DNA of 64,000 bases from Octopus vulgaris (GCA_951406725.2 OX597825.1:62372001-62436000); one strand, 5' to 3'. Positions 39,100-51,546 are shown, counted from the stretch's first letter. The notes: generated from the letters alone by a model not told the origin. Translations and numbers: made by a program.

Positions 39100-39387
39100 T
39101 TTGTTCCTACTTGGCTCATAGGGCCAGTTTTCTGGTTTCCTTGGCATATAGGTTCCCCACCTGGATGGGACGCTGGTCCATTGCAGGTGAGCTGCATGAT
39201 GCAGGAGGAAAGAGTGAGAGAACGTTATGGTGAAAGAGTCAGTAGAAATTCACCATTACCTTCTGCCGGAGCCATGTGGTGCTTAGGTGTTTCGCTCATA
39301 AGCACACGCATCGCCCGGTCTGAAATTTGAACCCACGATCCCTCAACTGTGAGTCTGCTGCTCTAACCACTAGGCCATGTGCCTCCA
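39100..39387 (-). mobile_element. tRNA-derived SINE, family D
   Basis: Colinear with 25-321. Confidence 0.85.
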
Positions 39388-41106
39388 CACAACACATTGA
39401 TTAGCAATAACTTTTAAAATGCTATTTTAATTACACCAAGAACAATAACATCCAAACTATCTCAACAAGAAATAAAGTTTGTTCATTAAATCCCAACAGC
39501 TTTTGTCATTTTTTTTTCTCTGTACAACTGTTGTCCTCCACTGCTAGAAATAAGAGCCAGCTCCCAACATCAGCAGTCAAACACAGCTCCTAGCAGTTAG
39601 CCAATCTGTTCAAGCACACCTATTATTACTAATTCTTATTGCTTTTGAGCTCCGCCTAATCACTTCCCCTCTCTTTTCTGAAGTGTAAGCTGTCAATGCT
39701 GCTCCTCCTCTACAACAAGTCTGTTCTGCTCTGGTCATTCTTTCTCATACTTTATCCACCTCTACCCTCTCGTTTTGTAACATAAAGCTGCTTCTTTTCC
39801 CTCTGGAGTTTATGTTATTACAAGCTGTATGCTGACCTCACAAGAATTGGTAGCACAGAAAAATCACTCAGCACATGCTTTGGCTGGTGTTAAGAAGGAT
39901 GTCCAGGTGTTGAAACCATGACAAAGTAGACACTGGAGCAAGGTATAGTCCTTAAGCCCACTGGATCCTGTGAAATCAACCACTTCATGCCAGCATAGTA
40001 CACGGACGTTAAATGATAATAATGATAACGGAGAAGAGGACGTATATATCAATGACTGCATGTTATAAGTCTACGTACATGTGCACATTCTCTCACATAC
40101 ACACACACACACACACACATGCACACATGCATGCATGCACTCACATGAGTTCAAACTTTCAGAGGTTGACTTTTATCCCTCTTAAAGCTGGATCCGAAAT
40201 TCATTTAGTATTTACTCTCAAAACAAATTTTTGGATTGTGTCAATGTACAAAGCAATTATATAGCTCTATATACTGTAAAAGTAAACTGGACAAAACGAA
40301 ATAACAATCTAATATACTTGAAAGACCATCCTTTACAAAAAGTTCAAAATATTTACACTATAAAAGCATCATTCGTTTTTACCTCAGTTTATCTATTCAA
40401 GTATGGGTTAGGAAATAATATCAGTGAAATATTGCTTTAGAGACAGATAGCCTTTATATCTGTAATCCCTACCTGCTTTGCAAGTAAGAGATTTCTTATT
40501 TTACATGTCTTTGAAGGGGAAAGCCATCAGATCTGGACGATTTCTTAAGAGAAGAAAAGATAACAAATTTATTGCTTCTAGCTCATGATATTCAGAGAAA
40601 GGCAGTTATAAAGAAACACATATACACACATGCATACATGTATGTTTATGTATATATTTGTGTGTGTGTTTATAATAAATACATATATAATACATCGATC
40701 TATATGTGTGTGTATATGTTTGTTCAATACATAGATACATACATATATAGAGAGAGGAGAGAGAGGGAGAAAGAGACAGAGAGGTAAAGAGAAAGAGGGA
40801 GAAAGAGGGAGAGAGAGAAAAAGAGAGATAGTGATAGAGAGAGAGATATAGAGAGATATAAAGAGAAAGATACAAATCTATACACATGGCTTCTACAATT
40901 TTAGTTTATACATACTAAGGAGTTGAGATGTTGAATTTCTTAACTGATACTATCATTTAATTATTTCCCATCAGGAAAGTAATTGCTCCTGCTGTACAAG
41001 TATTTTCTTTTTAATAGTATACTCTAAGTATGAAAAATAAACCCTGCTAGCATGTCAGTAACTTGCAGAACTAACAACCAAATAAGTGTCTAGTATTCAA
41101 ATCAGT

Positions 41107-41430
41107 GAAGACATATGGCTTAGTGGTTAGGGTATTAGGCTCGTGATCATAGGGACATGAGTTTAATTCCCAGCAGTGTGTTGTGTCCTTGAGCAAGACA
41201 CTTTATTTCACGTTGCTCCAGTCCACTCAACTGACAAAAATGAGTAGTACCTGTATTTCAAAGGGCCAACCTTGTAACACTCCATGTCATGCTGAATCTC
41301 CTTGAGAAGTATGCGAAGGAGGTATGCATGTCTGGAGTGCTCAGCCACTTGCATGTTAATCTCACGAGGAAGCTGTTCTGCTGATCGGATCAACTGGAAC
41401 CCTTGTCACCGTAACCGATGGAGTGCCAGT
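41107..41430 (+). mobile_element. tRNA-derived SINE, family C
   Basis: Colinear with 35372-35695. Confidence 0.85.
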
Positions 41431-41465
41431 TTATTCAAATCAGTTACTTAACTTTAACAGAAGCT

Positions 41466-41874
41466 TTATTCTTTTACTAGTTTCAGTCATTTGATTGCAG
41501 CCATGCTAGAACCAACCTGAGGGGTTTTTAGTCAAATAAATCGATCCCAAGACTTACTTTCTGACTTATTTTCGTACTAACTCTATTGGTCACTTTTGCT
41601 GAGCTGCTAAGTTACAAGGGTGTTAACACACCAACATCGGTTGTCAAGAGATGATGGGGGACAAACACAAACACAAAAACACACACACATATACATATAC
41701 ATATATATATATATGACAGGCTTCTTTCAGTTTCCATCTACCAGATCCACTCACAAGGCTTTGGTCAGCCTAAGGCTATAATAGAAGACACTTGCCCAAG
41801 GTGCCATGCAGTGAAACTGAACCCAGAACCATGTAGTTGGGAAGCAAGCTTCTTACCACACAGCCATGCCTGTG
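41466..41874 (-). mobile_element. SINE family A, full length
   Basis: Reverse colinear match. Confidence 0.9.
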
Positions 41875-42480
41875 CTTTGAACGCAATTTCACTGTACCCA
41901 TTAAAATGTAGAGTTTTCATTTGTTGATAAGGGTACAGTCAACCAAGGATACTTTTGTACAGTTGGTCCTTATTTTATTCTCTGTAATTGGATTGTATGA
42001 TAAACATGACTGATGTTTATAACTGACCCATACATCAAGTATATATGCTTGCTACTTGCTTTTTGTTCCATGCTCTTGTTTGCTCAGGCAGGGGTCATCC
42101 CAGGTTAGTGGCTCACCAGTGCTCTCCATCGCTGGCAGTCCCATGCCAGGCCCTCTGCATTCTCCCAGGTGACATGAAGCTTCTAGAGTTCTTCCCTAAC
42201 CACACCCAGTCATCTGGTGTGAGGCCTGCCATGAGGCCTCTTCCAGCCCACAACTGCTGCATTAAATGAGATCAAAGCCTTGGTAGGATGATATTTAATT
42301 TCTGAAAGCTGTGATGGTTCAAAGCTTTGTGTATATCCCATAGTAAACTTTAGTAAATAAAGTTATCACTGCTGGTATATCAGAAATTTAGATTTTATCA
42401 TCGCCCTTGAGCTCCAAGACTTAACGCTTAATATAAAAGGTGAACAGTGTAGGATAGTATGCTGTTTAATATCTTTAGAA

Positions 42481-42864
42481 GGTGTGGCTGTCTGATAAGA
42501 TGTTTGCTTTCCAACCACGTGGTTCCAGGTTCAGTTCAGCTGCTTCACACCTTGGGCAAGCATCTTCTATTATAGCCTCAGGCTGACAAAAGCCTGGTGA
42601 CTGGATTTGGTAGACAGAAACCTATTTTATATATGTACATGTGTGTGTATATGTGTGTGTCTTTGAGTCTGTTTGTCCTCCACTACTGCTTGACAACTGG
42701 TGCGGGTTTGTTTACCTCTCTGAATTTAAGAAGAGACTGATAGAATAAGTACCAGGCTTAAAAAATGAAAAAGTGCTGGAGCCAATTATTTTGACTAAAA
42801 ATTCTTCAAGGTAGTGCCCCAGCATGGCCACAGTCTAATGACTGAAACAGATAAAAGATAAAAG
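42481..42864 (+). mobile_element. SINE family A variant
   Basis: Colinear but more diverged. Confidence 0.85.
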
Positions 42865-42874
42865 TACCTTCTAT

Positions 42875-43800
42875 AGGTGTAGGAGTGGCAGTGTGGTAAG
42901 TAGCTTGCTTACCAACCACATGGTTCCAGGTTCAGTCTTACTGCGTGGCATCTTGGGCAAGTGTCTTCTACTATAGCCTTGGGCCAATCAAAGCTTTGTG
43001 AGTGCATTTGGTAGATGGAAACTGAAAGAAGCCCGTCGTATATATCTATATATATAAAACTGTAGTTGTGTGAGTGTCTGTCCCCTTTGATTTAGATTCC
43101 TAACTCCTCCCACATTTTGCAGTGCAGTTTAACCAAATTCGGGTATCTTATAGTCGTGATTCATATCGATCCCGTCTGAGTATTAGCGCGCGTCTACGAT
43201 GAGTCTACGATTTTAAAAATAATTTAACATCATTTTTTATTCCATTTTAATGCATAATTTTTCGTGTGTCGATGGCGGTGGAGTTGGCGTCCATGGTCAC
43301 ACCTGCACCTGTTTGCTTCTCCCCCTTCTTCCCTCCCTCGTGAAGCTGTGGGGAAGGGAGTGTAAGGAAATCAACGTCGTAAAGCGTTGTCAAGGAGACC
43401 AGCGTTCTTTTAGAACAACGACTTCATGGCTTGAAGACACCAAAACAGAAATGGCTAAGAAAGCCCGAATTGGCATCTATAAGGGAAGTAACTCTCTAAA
43501 AATGCTTATATAGTTATTTCCCTTACAAACCCGAGCAACGCTGGGCGATACTGCTAATGTATATATATATATATGTGTGTGTGTGTATGTTTGCATGTCT
43601 GTGTTTGTCCCCCCAGCATCGCTTGACAACCGATGCTGGTGTGTTTATGTCCCCGTCATTTAGCAGTTCAGCTAAAGAGACCGATAGAATAAGTACTAGG
43701 CTTACAATGAATAAGTCCTGGGGCCGATTTGCTCGACTAAAGACAGTGCTCCAGCATGGCCACAGTCACATGACTGAAACAAGTAAAAGAGAAAAAGAGA
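42875..43800 (+). mobile_element. SINE family A split by a Helitron
   Basis: Head 42875-43044 and tail 43558-43800. Confidence 0.9.
43045..43557 (+). mobile_element. Non-autonomous Helitron with an extra ~220 bp internal segment
   Basis: A|TCTATATATATAAAA..CCCGAGCAACGCTGGGCGATACTG-CTAA|T; homologous to 33400-33784 except ~43262-43478. Confidence 0.85.
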
Positions 43801-44666
43801 ATTTATCACATCACCATAATTTTCCTCACTTATAAATCTGGGAAGTTGTCTCTATCTATACAAGAAATCTAAATTTAACATTAATTAGCATAATTATTCA
43901 GTTCACAGTTGAAAGTACTTAAAGAAAAAATTCTGAAATTTGAATTATAGTAAGAAGAAATGAAGTAGTCTTAAATTCAATATCTCTTGTTTTTAGTTCC
44001 ACCCGACTCTTTTCCTCACCAGGTAATTTATTTTTCAAAAATTTTATTTTGAAATTGATAAATTATGAAATGACTTTTGACATTTCATTAGTAAACATAT
44101 TGATTGAGTATTTATATAATTTAACAGGATGGTCAATGAAAAGTAACAAAAATAACGACAAAAGCAAAATAAAAATAATTTTGCGAAGACAAGTCTAATA
44201 TCGCTGTGTTAAGAGAACCAAATTGTCTCAAGCTAATGTGATTCCTAATTGGTCTAGACTTTGCAGAGAGTAACCTAAAAACAAACTTCAAGAGGACATC
44301 CTTTAGAATTACCAGGATGTTCATTATTATCCATGTAATAATTGCCAGATATTATCAGGATAATAAATATTGAGTAGACTTAAGTCATTGCTAATTCTTA
44401 TAAAAAGGTTGTAATTAAGATATTTCTCCAGAATAATTAATTGTAAATGACATAAATAAACACCTGTCTATTTAGTTCATTAGAATATTTCATATTGTAT
44501 TTTATTTTCATTTTTATTAAAGCAAAATTAAAATGGCAGAAGGATATTGAAGCATAAGCTGTGGATATTAAAAATGACCTGAACACATACAGAACCACAT
44601 TTTGATAAATGCACAGAAGTTAATTTTTCTAGAAACTTCTAAATTTATATGACTAAAATATTATTG

Positions 44667-44970
44667 GAGGTGCAATGGCCCAGTGGTTAGGGCAACAGAC
44701 ACACAGTTGGAGGATTGCGGTTTCGATTCCCAGACCGGGCTTTGTGTGTGTTTATTGAGCAAAAACACCTAAAAGCTCCACGAGGCTTTGGCAGGGGGTG
44801 GTGGCGACCCCTGTTGTACTCTTTCGCCAGAACTTTCTGTCATTCTCTCTTCCTGTTTCTTGAGTAATGCTGTGATGGACTGGTGTCCCGTCCAACTGGG
44901 GGGAACACATATGCCACAGAAACAGGGAAATCGGGCCCATGAGCTTGGCTAAGCTTGAAAAGGGCACATG
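44667..44970 (+). mobile_element. tRNA-derived SINE, family D-related, (AAAT)n tail
   Basis: GGAGGTGCAATGGCCCAGTGGTTAGGGC..GGTTTCGATTCCC. Confidence 0.8.
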
Positions 44971-44972
44971 AA

Positions 44973-45003
<31 letters not shown>

Positions 45004-45811
45004 AATATCATTGGGAGATTGATACAATTATTGCTTGTTTCAAATTCTTGTAGATGTGTAGCTGATAGGAAAACATTGGTAAGAAGGACTTTTCAAAAGG
45101 GATTATTTGTGGAGACATGTAATTTAGGTAAATGTTATGAAAGAATGTGATAAATAGTTGATAAAATATAAGGATGAAAGGTAACAGGAACATGATAAGT
45201 TGGATAAGGTGATGTACACTTAATAATTTCAAAGAAGAAAACACTATTCTAGAGGTGGATTCTTGAGAACATTAATACCTGCAAAAACCTTTGAGATAAC
45301 TGGGTCAACAATTCTGACATTCATAGACAAATTATAGATAAACAAGTCTTTTGAAAATTTTAAACAAAAATGGTGGCGAATAAAAATACATTCTATAATC
45401 TACTGGTCACATCAACAATAAAACTCATAAAGACAATTCACAGACATCCAGTTGTCAATAAACTATTATAGCGACATAGTGAATCACACAGTTGAACAAT
45501 ATAAACATTACTTTTATACATCCCTGTAGTCATAAAGCTCTCTGGCTGTTTGATATTGTTGCTTTGATCTTCAACCAGAAGTTCACACTTGAATATTCTT
45601 GAGCTTCATATAAAATGCTTGTAATATTCTCATAGTTTCAGGCGACATCAACTTCATGTATTCCATAAAATATTAAACAATACAAATAGTGACCCCCACC
45701 CCTGGTACATGTACACAAATTTGGTAGATAATTTAGGCTGTTCGCTAAGGCTTACTAACATCATCGACCCACAAGCTATCAAAAAAGTATGGTACATAGA
45801 CACACTTACAT

Positions 45812-46098
45812 ATCATCGTTTTTCGTTTAACGTCCTCTTTCCATGCTAGTGTGGGTTGGACGATTTGATTGAGGACTGGCGAACCAGATGGCTGCACCAG
45901 GCCCCAATCTTGATCTGGCAGAGTTTCTACAGTTGGATGCCCTTCCTAACGCCAGCCACTCTGAGAGTGTAGTGGGTGATTTTATGTGCCACCGGCATGA
46001 GGGCCAATCAGGTGGTACTGGCAACAGCCCCACTCAAATGGTGTTTTTTACGGGCCACCTGCCAAGGAGCCAGTCAAGTGGCACTGGCAATGACCACG
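45812..46098 (-). mobile_element. RTE LINE 3' fragment
   Basis: TTTAACGTCC..TTTCCATGCTAG..GGATGCCCTTCCTAACGCCA. Confidence 0.85.
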
Positions 46099-46099
46099 C

Positions 46100-46530
46100 T
46101 GTATCTTTTATCTTTTGTCTTACACTTGTTTCAGTGATTATACTGTGGCCATGCTGGGGCAGAGCCTTGAAATTTTTGTCGAATAAATCAACCCCAGTAC
46201 TTCTTCTTTGCTTTAAGTCTAGCAATTATCCTATTGGTCTTTTTCTCAGAACTGCTAAGTTATGGTAATGCAAACACACCAACACTGGTTGTCAAACAGT
46301 GGTGGTGGAGGTGGTGGGGGGGCAAATGCAGACATAAAGACACACATAAATATATATACATAATTATACAACAGGCTTCTTCCAGCTTCCATCTACCAAA
46401 TCCTCTCACAGGGCTTTGGTGAGCCTGCGGCTACAGTAGAAGACACTTGCCCAAGGTGCCATGAAGTGGGACTGAACTTGGAACTATGTGGTTGAGAGCA
46501 AGCTTCTTACTGCACACCAATGCCTGCACC
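46100..46530 (-). mobile_element. SINE family A
   Basis: Reverse colinear match. Confidence 0.85.
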
Positions 46531-46918
46531 AATATATATATATATATATATATATATGAAAAATTTAAATAATGAGGGAGATAAATTAATATTAATTTTA
46601 ATATCAATTTAAAACCAGTAGTCCAGCATACAAAAAATCTGAGAAGTCAGAGAAAATTCTAATATATGTGTATATTGGCAGGGCCAGACTGCTAGGTAGT
46701 CGGCCAAATGCTAGAAATAGATCATCAACGATCAAACTACAAAGGGAATTCTCTAGAGGAAAAATTCAGCGAACACCAGAACCAAATTTGGCGGGCAGGA
46801 CAGATGAAAAATTTATATAAAAAACAGAATCCTCTAGAGAATTCCCTTTGTAGTTTGATCGTTGATGATCTATTTCTAGCATTTGGCCGACTACCTAGCA
46901 GTCTGGCCCTGCCAATAT

Positions 46919-46959
<41 letters not shown>

Positions 46960-46967
46960 TGCAGGCA
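46521..46967. repeat. Nested inverted repeat: 90 bp inner arms plus inverted duplication of the flank
   Basis: Arms 46671-46760 and 46830-46919; TGCCTGCACCAA(TA)n at 46521 mirrored by (TA)nTTGGTGCAGGCA ending at 46967. Confidence 0.9.
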
Positions 46968-46969
46968 CA

Positions 46970-47482
46970 TTTTCTAGCAGCTATGACTGGGTTTTCCTGC
47001 TTATGGGACATAGTGCAGAATCCTGTTGCCAGACATAGGGTCTTCTAGCAGCCAACCTCTTAATCCAGAGCAGCACTACCTCCTCCAGGCACTTCATGTA
47101 ATTCTCCATGTTGAGTCTGAGGCTGTGTGGGAAGTTGAATGGAGGCATAATGTCACCATCACTAGTGATCACTCCAAACACCATGACGTAGACAGCATGT
47201 TTGATTTTTAACACTCTTGATACATGTCCTCAGATTTCACTGTCCTTCGATTGACACCTAAAAACTCTGAAATGTTCATACTGGAGCAGCTGGCATTAAT
47301 GCCAAACAGTACAGCATGTCGTTTCCAAATTTCTAGCAGAGTGAATTGCGTCATGGTACTGTTTTTCCTGACAGACAGTGCCAAACTTACCCTACAATAA
47401 TGTGTAGTCGACAAAATCAAAAACAAACAATATGCATACACGAAGTTGAAAATATAAAATGGTGACAATTTACCCATCACAC

Positions 47483-47486
<4 letters not shown>
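46970..47486 (-). mobile_element. Decayed Tc1/mariner (DD37D/maT-like), 3'-truncated
   Basis: VMVFGVITSDGDIMPPFNFPHSLRLNMENYMKCLEEVVLLWIKRLAARRPYVWQQDSA; TA-CAGAGTG terminus. Confidence 0.85.
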
Positions 47487-47519
<33 letters not shown>

Positions 47520-47890
47520 TCTTTTATTCTTTTATTTGTTTCTGTAATTTAACTGTGGCCATACTGGAGCACCACCTTTACTCAAACAAATCGACCTCGG
47601 GACTTATTCTTTGCAAGACTAGTACTTATTGTATTGGTCTCTTTGGCCAAACCACTAAAGTACGAGGACATAGACACACCAACATTGGTTGTGAAGTGAT
47701 GATGGGAACAAAGACAGACACACACATATATATATAAAGCCTTGTGAGTGAATTTGGGAGAGAGAAATTGAAAGAAGCCTGTCGTATAATTTTGATATAT
47801 ATTTAAAATAATATAAATTAATTAATCTTATGTATTGGCTTAAATTTTTCATTTTATGATTTGCCTAATAGTGGTTTTATCTCCAATTTA

Positions 47891-47933
<43 letters not shown>

Positions 47934-48112
47934 GTATATATATATATACGATGGGCTTCTTTCAGTTTCTCTTTAGCAAATTCTCTCACAAGTCTGTGGT
48001 CGGCCCGAGGCTATAGTAGAAGACACTTGCCTCAGGTGCCAGAAAGTGGGACTGCACATGGAACCATGTGGTTGGTAAGCAAGCTACTTACCACACAGCC
48101 ATGCTTGCACCT
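47520..48112 (-). mobile_element. SINE family A split at (TA)n by an AT-rich insert (47788-47895) and an inverted head fragment (47737-47787)
   Basis: Tail 47520-47735 and head 47946-48112 on the minus strand; insert shares GATTTGCCTAATAGTGGTTTTATCTC with 63877-63902. Confidence 0.75.
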
Positions 48113-48514
48113 ATGTATAAATTTGTGCACTCTTGCAATTGCATTGCAGACTTACAACTGAAGTATTCTACCAACAAACTGTATTATGTATTGTATGTAT
48201 GCAATGCAATAATCAGATTTGAATTTAAACACAGAATGAGACATTTATTGATAAAGATATATGTCTGTGGTTTCATCAACTGTCAACTGTGAAAATTTAC
48301 TGTTGCTTTTTCCAAACGTATCTTTCTTACTAAGCCATAATTTATAATTATTTATATATATATCTTCTTTTGGTGACATAACACAAAATACATATAATTG
48401 CTGTTCTATTTTGAAAAACAGGAAATAAAGGAAATAAAAATGTTACGAGAGTGTTGTGCAACAATTATGCTCATAAACATATGCGTGCATAAAATACAAA
48501 TACATTTATCTCTG

Positions 48515-48559
<45 letters not shown>

Positions 48560-49131
48560 GCAAACACACACACATATATATGAGACTATGTGTATATACA
48601 TATACAAGCATACATTAATATATAGATATTTACAAATATCACATAGATTTATACATATATATATAAAAATATGTGTGTGTATATATACGTATATATGCAT
48701 ATATATGTATATATATATATATATACTTTTTATACGAGTATCTATCTATATCTCAGTCTACCTATTTATTTATCTATCTGTCTATACATATATATGTATA
48801 CATACATACATGTGTGTATATATATATGTAAAATTTAAATTTATTTCGTCATTGTATTTACTGCAGTGATGTGTTAACCATATATATGTGTGTGTATGTA
48901 TGTATACACACACACACACAGACACAAACATATAGCTATATCTTCTTTTGAAACATTGCCTCTTGAGGTACATCTCATGAAGCTTAAAATTTATAGCTTC
49001 ATGTGATGTGCCTTCAGAGCTAATGTTCCAAAAAAAAGCCAAAATATTATTCCATGTTTTTTTTTTAAGTTAATAAAATTATTAGGATGTCAACAGTATA
49101 CATTTATATATTTGCATGTTTGTGTGTCTGT

Positions 49132-49162
<31 letters not shown>

Positions 49163-49481
49163 TAAATAAATAAATAAATATATTCTTATATTTTTATCTG
49201 TCTTGTTTCAGTCATTAGACTGGCCATGATTGGGAACTCTCTTGAAGAATTTTAGTCACACAAATTTACCCCAGGATTTATTTTTGTTTTATGCCTGCCA
49301 TTTATTCTATCTCACCATTTTGCCAAGCCACTAAGTTATGTGGACACAAATACACTAGCACTTGTCAATTGGTGTTGGGGAACAATAATCACAAATGCAA
49401 AAACAGACACATACATACACAGACATATATACGTATATAAGGTATGCATATTTATGTGCATATATATATATATATATATAT

Positions 49482-50570
49482 AATGAGTACAGTGAAGAAT
49501 TCCGGGTAGAGGTAGGGGTCCACCAAGGCTCAGTCCTCAGCCCCCTCCTATTTATCATAGTCCTCCAGGCAATAACGGAGGAATTCAAGACAGGATGCCC
49601 CTGGGAGCTCCTCTATGCTGATGACCTTGCTCTAATTGCTGAGTCATTATCAGAACTGGAGAAGAAGTTTCAGGTGTGGAAGCATGGTTTAGAATCGAAG
49701 GGCCTTAGAGTCAACCTAGCTAAAACCAAAGTCCTAATAAGTAGGAAGGTAGACAAATCACAAACGCCTTCAGGTAGATGGCCCTGCTCGATCTGTAGAA
49801 AAGGTGTAGGTAGAAACTCTATAAGATGCACCAAGTGTAAGCTATGGACACATAAGAGGTGCAGCAATGTCATAGGAAGGCTAACTAGGAAGATGGTTTT
49901 TGTATGTGGCAGATGCTCGGGAGCATTAACCTCTGAAAATCTGCAGAAAACAACTTCCGTCACTTTCCAGGGGGAAAAACTAGAAGTAGTTGATAGCTTC
50001 CGTTATCTTGGTGACCAAGTCAGTAGTGGGGGTGGGTGTGCTGAAAGTGTAACGGCTAGAGTAAGAATAGCCTGGGCAAAGTTTAGGGAGCTCTTACCTC
50101 TGTTGGTGACTAAAGGCCTCTCGCTCAGAGTAAAAGGCAGCCTGTATGATGCATGTGTACGAACAGCCATGCTACATGGCAGTGAAACATGGGCCGTGAC
50201 TGCTGAGGACATGCGTAAGCTCGCGAGAAATGAAGCTAGTATGCTCCGTTGGATGTGTAATGTCAGTGTTCATAGTCGACAGAGTGTAAGTACCTTGAGA
50301 GAAAAGTTGGACCTAAGAGGAATCAGATGTTGTGTGCAAGAGAGACGATTGCGCTGGTATGGTCATGTGGTGAGAATGGATGAAGATAGGTGTGCGAAAA
50401 AGTGCCACACCCTGGCAGTTGAGGGGACCTGTGGAAGAGGTAGACCCAGGAAAACCTGGGTCGAGGTGGTGAAGCACGACCTTCGAACTCTAGGTCTCAC
50501 CAAGGAAATGACCAGAGACCGAGACCTATGGAAGTATGCTGTGCGTGAGAAGACCCAGCAAAACCAGTGA
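49482..50570 (+). CDS. RTE reverse transcriptase C-terminal fragment (no native start) with embedded PHD-like zinc finger
   Basis: GVHQGSVLSPLLF, LLYADDL, FRYLG, RRLRWYGHV, GRGRPRKTW; CSIC..CTKC..HKRC..CGRC. Confidence 0.9.
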   Translation, partial: NEYSEEFRVEVGVHQGSVLSPLLFIIVLQAITEEFKTGCPWELLYADDLALIAESLSELEKKFQVWKHGLESKGLRVNLAKTKVLISRKVDKSQTPSGRWPCSICRKGVGRNSIRCTKCKLWTHKRCSNVIGRLTRKMVFVCGRCSGALTSENLQKTTSVTFQGEKLEVVDSFRYLGDQVSSGGGCAESVTARVRIAWAKFRELLPLLVTKGLSLRVKGSLYDACVRTAMLHGSETWAVTAEDMRKLARNEASMLRWMCNVSVHSRQSVSTLREKLDLRGIRCCVQERRLRWYGHVVRMDEDRCAKKCHTLAVEGTCGRGRPRKTWVEVVKHDLRTLGLTKEMTRDRDLWKYAVREKTQQNQ

Positions 50571-50617
50571 GAACAATCAAAATCAAATCATATATCAGAA
50601 AGCAGGGGTTAAGTGAC

Positions 50618-51290
50618 CCATCCATTCGTGTCCGGTGTCAGCCTCGTCTGGCACCCGTGCCGGTGATACATAAAAGCACCATTCGCTCGTGGCCGTTTAC
50701 CAGCTCTGCCTGGCCTGTGTCGGTGGCACGTAAAAGCACCATCCGTTCGTGTTCGTTGCCAGCCTCGCCTGGCCCCGTGCCGGTGACACGTAAAAGCACC
50801 GTCCGTTCGTGGCCGTTTGCCAGCTTTGTCTGGCCCCGTGTCGGTGGCACGTAAAAGCACCATCCGTTCGTGGCCGTTTGCCAGCTCTGTCTGGCCCCGT
50901 GTCGGTGGCACGTAAAAGCACCATCCGTTCGTGTCCGTTGCCAGGCTCGGCTGGCCCCCGTGCCGGTGACACGTAAAAGCACCGTCCGCTCGTGGCCGTT
51001 TGCCAGCTCTGTCTGGCAACCGTGTCGGTGGCACGTAAAAGCACCATCCATTCGCATCCGTTGCCAGCCTCGGCTGGCCCCCGTGCCGGTGACACGTAAA
51101 AGCACCGTCCGTTCGTGGCCGTTTGCCAGCTCTGTCTGGCCCCGTGTCGGTGGCACGTAAAAGCACCATCTGTTCGTGTCCGTTGCCAGCATCGCCTGGC
51201 CCCGTGCCGGTGACACGTAAAAGCACCATCCATTCATGGCCGTTCGCCAGCTCTGTCTGGCACCTGTGCAGGTGGCACGTAAAAAACACC
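50618..51290 (+). repeat. Tandem array of ~11 units of 60-62 bp with mostly alternating A/B subtypes
   Basis: TAAAAGCACC recurs at 50671, 50731, 50791, 50852, 50913, 50974, 51036, 51097, 51158 and 51218. Confidence 0.95.
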
Positions 51291-51546
51291 CACTACACTC
51301 GCGGAGTGGTTGGCGTTAGGAAGGGCATCCAGCCGTAGAAACACTGCCAGATCTGACTGGGCCTGACGAAGCCTTCCAGCTTCACAGACCCCAGTTGACC
51401 CGTCCAACCCATGCTAGCATGGAAAGCGGACGCTAAACGATGATGATGATGATGATGATATATATATATATATATATATATGTATATGCATATGTATATG
51501 TATATATGCATACATATATGTATATATATATATATATATGCATACA

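Larger units (their letters stand above)
49482..51458 (+). mobile_element. 5'-truncated RTE-clade LINE, young
   Basis: Starts in (TA)n; uninterrupted RT C-terminal ORF, repeat array in the 3' UTR, (GAT)n tail. Confidence 0.92.

Noticed and set aside
46858-46920. TTGATGA in the 90 bp inverted repeat as a hammerhead core
   Set aside because: No closing stem II, GAAA or stem III found on either strand.
49395-49481. N-terminus of the 391 aa ORF
   Set aside because: Lies in SINE and microsatellite sequence fortuitously in frame; the RT homology begins at 49482.
50609-51289. Long overlapping ORFs (178-226 aa) on the minus strand
   Set aside because: By-product of a GC-rich, stop-poor tandem repeat.
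50618-51290. CRISPR-like regularly spaced repeats
   Set aside because: Whole units repeat with no unique spacers, there are no cas genes, and the context is a eukaryotic LINE 3' UTR.
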